A stretch of DNA of 11,657 nt from Azolla caroliniana (Eukaryota > Plantae > Polypodiophyta), in contig JBHGNT010001141.1 of NCBI GenBank assembly GCA_043228905.1, positions 1 through 11,657 on the forward strand, read 5' to 3'. Positions within the stretch are counted from its first letter, which is position 1. Each line of letters starts with the position of its first letter. Of the stretch, positions 1-8,784 are shown in pieces. Below the pieces are notes generated by a model. That model saw only the letters and a program-made list of their open reading frames with translations, was not told the origin of the DNA and ran no database searches. The translations under genes were made by a program, and so were the position numbers.

Positions 1-85
1 ACTCGTATTCTACTTCAATAAGACTGGAAAGACCTCACATTCATCAAGGAAGAAGGCCATGGTTCACCAAGAAGACTATAAACAG
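1..85 (+). CDS. CIP7-like gene, first exon in window (5'-truncated)
   Basis: Frame from 3 reads SYSTSIRLERPHIHQGRRPWFTKKTIN(R); donor AG|GTTAAG at 86. Confidence 0.85.
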
Positions 86-3000
86 GTTAAGCAAAGAATA
101 AATATATTTTTAGTTCACTTCAAACATGCTTTTAGGTTATTTCGAACATGGTTATGGATAATTTCAAACATACTTATTTATGTTATTCTCAAACATGATT
201 CTGAATTATTTTAAAACATCTGTTTGGATTGTTTCTCACATCAATCAAGATCAAACATTCGTTTAAGGATCATTTGAGTCTGAAAAAAGTTGCCAGGATT
301 TGTTGAGTAGATGGTTGACCTCTGCCTTTGTTTTGTCTATAGACTTGTCGAATTCGTGAGCTCTCCCGAGGTTTTAGAGCGTGTTAAAACAATTGAGGAT
401 GAATTACTGCAACTGGAGCAAGTGCGGAACATCCAAGCAAGCAACTTAATACAGGTGTTCTCTTATGGGCATTCCTGTAACTAACTATGCATTAGGAGGT
501 TTCCTGAATAGATCATGCACTTTAATCATGTAGTTAACTCTTTATTTAAGTTACAAGATGAGTAGAATTGATCCTGAAAAAAAAAATTCAGTCATTTTGA
601 TCTATTTTTTTGGTGTCAGCCTATAGTTTACCCTCTTAATCATTCCATATGGAGGTGCCTCACAATTTATGTCCTAAATGCTTCCATATGGTTAGATCTG
701 AGATCATTCTGGATTCAAGATTGCTGGAGGATGTACTTTTATAAGTTTATTGCTCTGTGCCAACTGTTACCTAAAAATTTATTGTCTTTCAGATGGAGGA
801 TCCAGCTTTGTGTGCCAATCCCTTCTCCAATACCGGTATGTGGTTCTCTTTTGTGAATGGATTCTATGTGCTTTTACTTCACAAAATGTTAACAATGGAA
901 AATTACATCTGTATGAGTTTAAAACCCAACGCAGCATTTAGAATGCAATTCTATTGTATTTTCTTGTGTGCTAAAATCATTACCCTTGAATTCCAGAGGT
1001 CATGTTTACACCATCTGGACAAAATTATGACGATCCAATCAGCAATGAAGTAGAAGCGTCCAAGTAAGCGCTTTCCTGGAATCCGTTATGGAACTCATTA
1101 ATAAATGTGTTATAATTCTCATACATATTAATATCCTACTCATAGGTGGCAGCTTGTCAAAGCAATGGATATACGACTACGTGCATTGCAACAAGAACAG
1201 AATTTGGCTTTTTCTCGAGCTGCCAAAGCTGGATTTGACTATCATATTATGGAAGATTTGATGTCTTTTGCTGAATTTTTTAGAGCAGACCGCCTATGGT
1301 AAATACTTACTCCTCATTGATGATTAATCTCCACTGGAGAGTATATATATCTAATAGTTACGTGTATTATATTAAAATGTGCAGGTTTGTTGTTGGTTGA
1401 CTCTATTTCTGATGTTAAACTTGCATACACATGCAGAGGCATACATGTAGATGTGATATTTGCATGTTTAATTTAGGATCTATGTGTTGTTCTATGTTCA
1501 TGTTTTGATATTTGTGTAATGTTTAGATTGTAATTAATATGTTCATAATATTGTATATTTTACTCTCTATGTAATGCTTTTCCACTCACTTGGGTTGCTT
1601 TAATTTAAATATTACACTCAGCAATTCTTACGTGTATGATCTGTATAAGCGGTCTAGCGTCTGACCTTTAGAGGTCATTTATCTTGATTCAAATTCTTTC
1701 TCCAGGATAATTGTGAATATTTTGATCTTTAATCCTATTGTGGTTGCCACAATCTCAATTGGTATCTATTCTGTGCAGCTTACGCCTTTGATTTTAACCA
1801 CAATGTCCTTAGCAAATTTTGTTGAGACTTAAAAAGCTTTTTCAGTCTTCTGCCCGTCATCGTCACAGCAACTAGTTCTACTTTGGCGTCCAACTCTTGC
1901 AGCCTTCCACTGAACCCAGTGTGGTGCATCAGTGTAAAAACAGTCGGTGAAAAGAATGCAACACAAATGGAAATGCTGAGATTGCATACTAGTAGTAAAA
2001 TCAAGGAAGAATTAAGAGCACATCTTTTCATTGGTGTGGGGCAGTGAGGTGCTTCAGTTTTGAGTAACTTTCAACTGGTCGGCTACAATAGATTGCTTGT
2101 CTCTGCCAAATGTGTTTTTTCAAAGTTGAAAGGCTATTTCAGGGTGTCTTATTTCTTAATCTGTCTTATAATGACATTATATAATTACCTAGTTCTTTAA
2201 TGTGGTCTGGTAGTTGTTGCAATTGTACAACCTCATAATGAGAGATGCCATAACTATTCTAAGCTATTCGTTTTTTTTCTGTTTTACTTTTTGAACTTTG
2301 CAGCAGAGCATGTATTTGGTTCTTCAAGCTCTCAAGAAAGAGACAACAAATGCACACAAATTTTATGGAGGAAACAAATGAAGCACTCTTACAGTCTAGT
2401 GTCGGGGAAAAGGAAATTAGAGGGTCAATGTCACTATATGATAATCTAGCACAATCATTGTCAGACGAGCTCTTGGGCAATAGTCCACCAAAATCTGGAA
2501 GAACTCTTCCTCAAAGAACACCTCCAAGGAGGAGGTCTATGTCTCCACTGAAGAAAGTTCAGGTTGGAAAATTTGGCAGCCGTCGCTCTGGCTCTTTAAC
2601 ATCTCGTAGCATTAACTATTTCTCTTCTCAAGGACAAGAAATTAAGGAGAGAAATAGCAACGTGGAAGCTAGTGGCAGTGACAATGAAGACGAGATGGGT
2701 TATCATAATCAGGAACTTCAACCTTCTTTATCCTCAAAAAGATTAAGTGTGCAGGCTGCTATTAGCCTTTTTGAAGGCAAACACAAGGATCCAAATGAAA
2801 CGCTGACAAAACAGCGATCCTTGAAACAAGAAACCTCCAGGATTTCTTCAGACAGCTCAAAGGCTGAAAATGTTAAACTGAGAAACAGTTTTGTGGCAAA
2901 AGATTGCAACCAATCTATCATGGATGATCAGAATGTACCGTTGAAAGGTGAATTGAAGTCGTTCACGTCGCAGATACATGTGGTTCCTCATGTTTTACAG

Positions 3001-6000
3001 GAACCCTCAATTTGTAGTTTTGACACAAGTTTAGATTTTCAACTACACAACCAAGAGGAAACATTGGCACCACAGCACTTAAAAGTGTTGAGAAAAATCA
3101 ACTCTAAGAGGGAGTCTCATGGAAAGGAATTTTCGAGATCACACAAATATGTAGAGTCTACAGAGGGATTCAGAGGAGTAAGTTCCGTAACTGAGAATAC
3201 ATTTTCAGCTCATGGACCCGTGGCTAATAATCAATCCAGTGCAAGCAGCAGTGTGACAAGCATACCTAGGGGCATGGCAACTTCAGATATAAATTGTGCT
3301 TCGCCTGAATCAAGACAATATGCTACTCCCACTTTTCCAATTACAGCCCAAAGAGATACACAGTTATCAGAGCGAACTGGAGTTCTAGATGAAGAGGACC
3401 AACCTAGTCACCCTATGGAAGAGGATTCTATTGACAGCAAAGGCTGTGTGAATGTTGCAAGAGAATCTATCATCAATTCTTGGAATATGCCCTCTGATAG
3501 TAACATGAAGGCTCTTGCTAGCATGATTAACCATTCAAATTCAAGTGAGGATTTTTGTGGTAGGCGTTATGAGCATTATAGTAAGTTGAGGAATGCCAAG
3601 ATGATGGATGAACACCTTTCAAAAAGGGCCGAAAGAGAAGCAAAGCTCAGATTAATGGAGGAGACTCTGGATTTAAGGAAAGCAGAGATGCATGCAACCA
3701 CAGCTAAGTTATCAAAAGAAGGTAAAAATCTTAGAGTCCGTGCAATAAAACTTGCAGATCTCAAAGAGAATCCATGCAATATGCATAAATCTCAGGTACA
3801 AGTTAACCTCTATATGTGCCGTTCTATTACGTGGTGTTCTTCCTTCCTGTATGTGCTGTGAGTTATGTGTTGATGACAAATATTTTTCTTCCTTTCTCTA
3901 AGATTTTGTGTGAGGAGAACAGCAAACAATCACTGGATAATCTCCCGCCTTCCCCTCCATTGACTCCACGAGCAACTAAAGAGTCTGCAAAACTTCACAA
4001 AATAAAAAAAGCTAGTTCGTCTTCCCAGAAATCTGCAACAACTCCTCGTAATTCTATGCGTGCTTCTTCAATATCGCCTAGATCTGCACCCACTGGAACA
4101 ACAGGTAGAATTTCAGGTTATCAGCCATCTGTTTCTTCTAGTATGGGGGGTAACCAACTTGTATGTTCAGTTTCTTGTTTCTCAGACTTGAAAAAGGAGA
4201 ATTCTAAGCTACATTCTAAGTCATCTCTCTCAAGTCATATGCATCCAAAGAATGATAGTATCTCCAAAGGTGTAGTTAAAGATTTCCCTCTAGAGTCTAT
4301 TGGTGCCCCAAATAATTCTAGCAATAGAACAGCAAGAAAGAATACACATGCCAGCATGTCACCAGCAGATAATGGAAGGATGCCAATATCACTGAGTTTA
4401 CAGGAAGAGGTCAAACCTGAGATCCCTCTTCCAGCTAAGATGAGAAGAAGTGCTGTTGCTCCTATCCATGAGGTGAAGTCATTTCTACAGAGGGGGTCTA
4501 ATGCTGGGCATGGAACTTCTCCTGATTTTGTGAAGGTGAAGAAATTTTCTATTGTTGACATTACAGCGAAAAGTTCTAATGAATATTGCTCTCCAACATG
4601 TGTAAAGGGATTGGATGAAGATGCTCAGCTTATCAGTGTGAAAGATGAGAGTGATTACATCATTGATGAGAGCGTAACATCTCAGAATCATGCATCTATG
4701 CTTTTTCAGGAAATGGGAGAAAAAGAGGCAGAAATGGATCTCGACATATCCTCAGATGCCGAAGTAACAACACATCACTCAGATGGTAGTTTGTCTTTGG
4801 TTTCCATGTATCAAGTTGTGAATCCAGTAAATACATCTTCAGTAAAACACGAAGAGTCACTCAAGAATGAAAGAGCATGTCCTGCAGTATTATTCCCCAT
4901 AGAATCTGGAAAACACAAACTATATAACAGCACTTTGGAAACAGAGCATGTATTGAACACTGGAGACTCTCAAAAACATACAACTGTCCATGGAGAAGAT
5001 TGTGCTCAAAGAGAATCTAGCAGAGACATAACAATTCATGAAGGAGAACATAACACATCTGTAGAAGCATCTCACAGAGGAATAACAGTTCATGAGGGAG
5101 AACATAACACATCTATCGAAGAATCTCACAGAGGAGGAACAGTCCATGATGGAGAACAATTCAGCACTGTATCAAAACTCATTGCTTATAGTGCAAAGTC
5201 ATTGCAAAGGGAGAAAGTAGCCACTGGTTCAACATCTTTTCATGCTAATCTTGTTTGCGATGAACTTACCATATCAAAGCAATATTCTGTGGGTGCAGAG
5301 GAATCCGCAGTAGCTAGTATTCATGATGACCATTGTGTTGTGTTTAACACTAGAGTGTCAGAACCCTCTATTCCGAGTCCAGCTTCTTGGGATTCGTCAT
5401 GTGTGCAATATGCTTCTGAGATTGATGCCACCCATAAGAAGTGGACAAACTCTTCTCAGAAGCCAGTTGTTGTGGTGCCACCCAAGGAGCCAGCCAAAGG
5501 TCTGAAACGGTTGTTAAAGTTTGCTCGGAAAAGCCGTGGCACTCCGGAAGTTATCATAACAGATTGTCTTTCTGCGACGACAACCTCAGGAGGTGATGAT
5601 TACTTTGAAGACCCAAAAGCAAAGATTCAGTCGGTGAATGATCTACGTAAGTTGAGAATGAATGATAGGATGTTGAAGGAGTTCAGTAGACAAAATGGTG
5701 CACATAATGTCAATGACGATATGCGAGAGAAAGGACCAGGTAAAGGAATTGAGATTTCAAGTTGATGTTACTCTAGTTAGTTTCATAGATTTCTTATGCA
5801 ATTTATATTACTGCTAGATTTTTTTAATTGTGAATAGTTTTCCGTTTCTCACCATCTTTTCAAAAACTGGCATGAATTTGATGTAGGGTTTACATTGCAC
5901 CTGCAGTATTCAATTTCTTTAATATTCTAAAAAGTCGCATCGGACTTGCATTTCCCATTATGGTTTTTGAATTCCATATTATTTGGCTTAGGATTTACAT

Positions 6001-6405
6001 TGCGGCTGCAGTTATGCAATTTCACATGATCTTGCATTCAGCATCTATGTGGGCATCCTCATGAACATGCTCTATTCTAGCAATCATTCCTAATAGATTG
6101 TAGGCAGCATTCCAAGTGAGAAATGTTGCAAGGACCTGATTTTGACTTCATTAACTGCAGTTCAATTACTACTAAGGAGCTCTATTCCAACACCCCCTTC
6201 TAACTTCAAGCTAAGGGATGATCATGTATCAGGGAGCAGCACACGCCTGAAAGGTACTCACTTTTATGTGAAAGTTTGATACAACGCTTCTATAATGCGT
6301 ATCTAGTTTTGACTGAAAAATTCTGTTTTTCTTTGAGTAGCTCCGAGGTCATTCTTCTCCCTTCCAAACTTTCGGAGTCGAGGCAAAGAAGGAAAGTCAG
6401 TATGA
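1..6405 (+). CDS. 5'-partial spliced gene (9 exons in window), COP1-interacting protein-related / CIP7-like family
   Basis: Hand splicing at GT-AG introns (86-342, 455-792, 836-996, 1064-1145, 1299-2303, 3796-3902, 5740-6160, 6254-6340) gives one open frame of 3945 nt from position 3, ending at TGA 6403-6405. Motifs I recognise from this family: WFTKxTxxRxVxFVSSPEVLERVxTIExE, LVKAMDIRLRALQQE..AFSRAAKAGF, RLSVQAAISLFE, GRRYEHYSKLRNAK..KRAEREAKLRLM, KGLKRLLKFARK, SSIPTPPSNFKLRDDH..KAPRSFFSLPNFRSRG. Family assignment is from memory, not a database search. Confidence 0.88.
119..258. repeat. Degenerate ~22-bp tandem repeat in intron 1 (core TTCAAACAT)
   Basis: Core variants start at 119, 141, 163, 188, 211, 233 and 250. 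Confidence 0.65.
343..454 (+). CDS. CIP7-like gene, exon 2 in window
   Basis: Acceptor ttttgtctatAG; encodes (R)LVEFVSSPEVLERVKTIEDELLQLEQVRNIQASNLIQ; donor CAG|GTGTTC. Confidence 0.9.
793..835 (+). CDS. CIP7-like gene, small exon 3 in window
   Basis: Acceptor ttgtctttcAG, donor CCG|GTATGT; 43 nt encoding MEDPALCANPFSNT; it bridges the phase between exons 2 and 4. Confidence 0.72.
997..1063 (+). CDS. CIP7-like gene, exon 4 in window
   Basis: Acceptor ttccAG, donor AA|GTAAGC; encodes (E)VMFTPSGQNYDDPISNEVEAS(K). Confidence 0.75.
1146..1298 (+). CDS. CIP7-like gene, exon 5 in window
   Basis: Acceptor ctactcatAG, donor TG|GTAAAT; encodes WQLVKAMDIRLRALQQEQNLAFSRAAKAGFDYHIMEDLMSFAEFFRADRL, a conserved family helical block. 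Confidence 0.9.
2304..3795 (+). CDS. CIP7-like gene, large exon 6 in window
   Basis: Acceptor ttgaactttgcAG; begins (C)RACIWFFKL and is in frame with ORF 2350..3861; contains RLSVQAAISLFE and the charged helix KRAEREAKLRLMEE; donor CAG|GTACAA at 3796. Confidence 0.9.
3903..5739 (+). CDS. CIP7-like gene, large exon 7 in window (Ser-rich, likely disordered)
   Basis: Long pyrimidine tract then aAG at 3901-3902; in frame with ORF 3816..5765; contains KGLKRLLKFARKSRG; donor CAG|GTAAAG at 5740. Confidence 0.88.
4980..5158 (+). repeat. 54-bp (18-aa) coding tandem repeat in exon 7
   Basis: Units at 5028 (ITIHEGEHNTSVEASHRG) and 5082 (ITVHEGEHNTSIEESHRG) match at 49/54 nt; partial unit at 5136; degenerate unit at 4980. 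Confidence 0.9.
5884..6023. repeat. Imperfect ~35-bp direct repeat in intron 7
   Basis: tagggtttacattgcacctgcagtattcaatttc (5884-5917) versus taggatttacattgcggctgcagttatgcaatttc (5989-6023). Confidence 0.7.
6161..6253 (+). CDS. CIP7-like gene, exon 8 in window
   Basis: Acceptor ttaactgcAG; encodes (V)QLLLRSSIPTPPSNFKLRDDHVSGSSTRLK; donor AAG|GTACTC. Confidence 0.88.
6341..6405 (+). CDS. CIP7-like gene, last coding exon
   Basis: Acceptor ttttctttgagtAG; encodes (A)PRSFFSLPNFRSRGKEGKSV then TGA, the family's characteristic C-terminal motif. Confidence 0.88.
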
Positions 6406-6586
6406 TCAGATGTAATGCCTCCACCTCCATTCACAGGAACAATACATAAATGTCACAAATGGAATTCTCCATATCATCGAAGATAAGGATATGTGCATTT
6501 ATTACGTATACTATTCTTCCAACCTCAACCATTTAACTTTTGGCCAACTGAAGAAGCTCACATGATGTTCCATAGTTAACTTGAAG

Positions 6587-6664
6587 TACCAAAACTTCTA
6601 CACATTTACAAGCTACCAAAGACTTCTACATTTTACACATTTACATTCAAAACTTCTACATATT
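6587..6664. repeat. Three-copy short tandem repeat in the putative 3' UTR
   Basis: CAAA(A/GA)CTTCTACA occurs three times, with CACATTTACA after the first two copies; units start near 6587, 6614 and 6646. Confidence 0.7.
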
Positions 6665-7287
6665 GTGAGATAATCTATTTGACCATTTTGTCTAGCTAGG
6701 AGTGTGCTAAGAGGAGCCACTTTGGTTTAAAAAATGATTCCTAGGTATTAGATCAGAAACAGTTATTCTAGTTTTGTTGAATCAGATCCTAAGCCCTTCT
6801 ACTTTTGTTTGTTTAGATCTGATAACCTGCAAAATTGTATGTCTTTATTGGAAATATAAAACTAGGGAAATGTGAATCCTGATCCACTGCAAACATTCTT
6901 GTAGAACAACTTGATCTAAATGTTTGGAAAGGTGCCTAAAAATCAGTTGACACTGATCTTGTTTGGTCTCTTGCTCTTCAAATTTGGTGTATTTAAGCTG
7001 GTTTGCAACTGAAGAAAATGACAGTTATGCATATTGTAATGAAAATATTTGAGCGTGTTGATATTTATTTCACACTGAAATGCTGATGTTAATATCTCTT
7101 AGGTCGGTTCAGATTGGATTGGCTGGAACTAACTACTTTTAAATTGTTTCTTTGTGAAAAATCGATCAATTTTTTTTAAACATATTGCTGCCTAAACATG
7201 TGGTTTACATGATAAATTATGTTAGCAAGAGTAAGCATAGAGATTGTATAGATACCCCTGAGCTAGATGTGTGGTTGTATCACATAC

Positions 7288-7324
7288 TATGCAATTGTTT
7301 GCAATACTTTGCAATACTTTGCAT
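7288..7324. repeat. 10-bp tandem repeat (TTTGCAATAC), about 3.5 copies
   Basis: tatgcaattg tttgcaatac tttgcaatac tttgcat. Confidence 0.7.
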
Positions 7325-8784
7325 CATGGAGAACATCCATCCCATTGCTACTGCCGTAAGATGTGAGTGGATATACATCGTTCCTTGTTAAACCTTGTCA
7401 TGTGGAAGTGATCAGGATGATGATGTGCAAAAGTGATAATGCCTTGCTGTCTATGTGTAAATTGTTAAAGTGTGTTTATGGGTGCTCATGAGAAGAAACC
7501 TGATGCATTACCATTTAATAAGAAAGAATGCTGACCGTTTATAGCAGGGATTAAACTATTTTGAGGGTTCCACACTACTTCAATGAATACAGTAATTACA
7601 CTTCATTGTGACTTTTATCATTCTTTCAATATCTTAATCCTGCTCTTATGCTCAACTAATGATGTCGTACATGTTACTGAGTGATTAGCTTTTCACACTA
7701 GTCCTAACATGGTTTTCATATATCAATTTGATAATTCGTTTTTTGATCTAGCTAATCTAGATTGTACACCATTTATTGGTATTCTCTGGTGTAACTTGTA
7801 CCTCGTGGAAGGTTATTCCACATTTAGTACATTCATCACATCACTCACACCTAAGTTAAACTATTTCTCATCTCTACCTACATGTAAACAGCAAATGAAA
7901 GCACAAAGTGATGTCTCTGAACTTATGAGGTTGTGTAACCTTGTTGCTTTCATACTAAATATACTTCTCTATTTTGTGTTTTTTGTAGTGCTCAATGTTA
8001 ATGATGTTGGAGGCATTATCCTCAACAAGGAGCTTTAATGAACTTTGAAAGGACAGAGAAAACAAATGCTCAAGCATATAGAAGTTGAAACACTGGTTTT
8101 GGATGAAAGAAAAATTTGACGTTAGACTAAAGAAATCGTCAAGAGCTAGACATTGGCATACAATATACTAATGCAATCCAATGACATGGACTTAAAAGTT
8201 CTGACTTTGTGCACTATGTACAAAAACATCACAATCACAATGAGTGTTTTGGAATCAGAAAGTTCTGTTCTAAAAGTTTGCCCACAACGTGGAAACATGT
8301 TGACTGACAAATTTCTCTATGCAGTTCATAACGGGCACTATCTTTCTTGATGTGTTCGAATAAGATTCTCTATGAGATCGACTGCAAGAAATATACATAA
8401 ATCTATTTTAGGATGAAGTAGAGGGTTTGAATGTAACACTTAGTCTACTAAATGCTTTTTAGAGTACGAGATAAATTATACAAAGGGAAGATGATCAAAA
8501 TGCCTCTGATTTACCATATTTTCCAGAGCACCACTTCAAGCATACTAATCTCTAAGCATGCCAGTCGTTAACAATTTAACCGAGAAAATTCATTGATGAG
8601 AAAATTAACTGCTAAACCCTGGAAATAACTGCTAAGTCTTTCCTCATTTGTTGAAATGCCCCCGAGTTTTTGCTATTTCCTATTCTCAGTCAGTCTTTTC
8701 CCTTCCTCAAAATGCCAAGGGCATTGGGGGAATTAAAGAAAAATCCAAGCGGGGCTTTTCGCAGAGTCTTTCCCTGTTTTATCG

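Noticed and set aside
750-1053. ORFs 750..941 and 793..1053 as small genes
   Set aside because: They are mostly intron sequence around exons 3 and 4.
1654-1677. TGACCT-TTAG-AGGTCA hairpin next to CTAG as a Helitron end
   Set aside because: The stem is only 6 bp, the spacing is too short, and CTAG is followed by A rather than T on the relevant strand.
2259-5505. Short minus-strand and alternate-frame ORFs within exons 6-7
   Set aside because: They are shadows of the main CDS with no independent support.
2350-5765. ORFs 2350..3861 and 3816..5765 as two overlapping genes or a programmed frameshift
   Set aside because: A 107-nt GT-AG intron (3796-3902) joins them in frame. Their ORF-track ends are read-through into introns.
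6335-6340. GAGTAG tandem acceptor at the last exon
   Set aside because: GAG is a poor acceptor, and using it would only add one Val.
7185-8350. Intergenic ORFs of 68, 109 and 65 aa
   Set aside because: Their composition is typical of AT-rich non-coding DNA, two start at non-ATG codons, and none has a recognisable motif.
8612-8620. CTAAACCCT as a telo-box promoter element
   Set aside because: It is an imperfect match (AAACCCTG, not AAACCCTA), single copy, and the transcription start is unknown.
8734-8736. U-to-C editing repairing the TAA upstream of the PPR
   Set aside because: That editing is known for organellar transcripts. This gene is nuclear, and the sequence gives no support.
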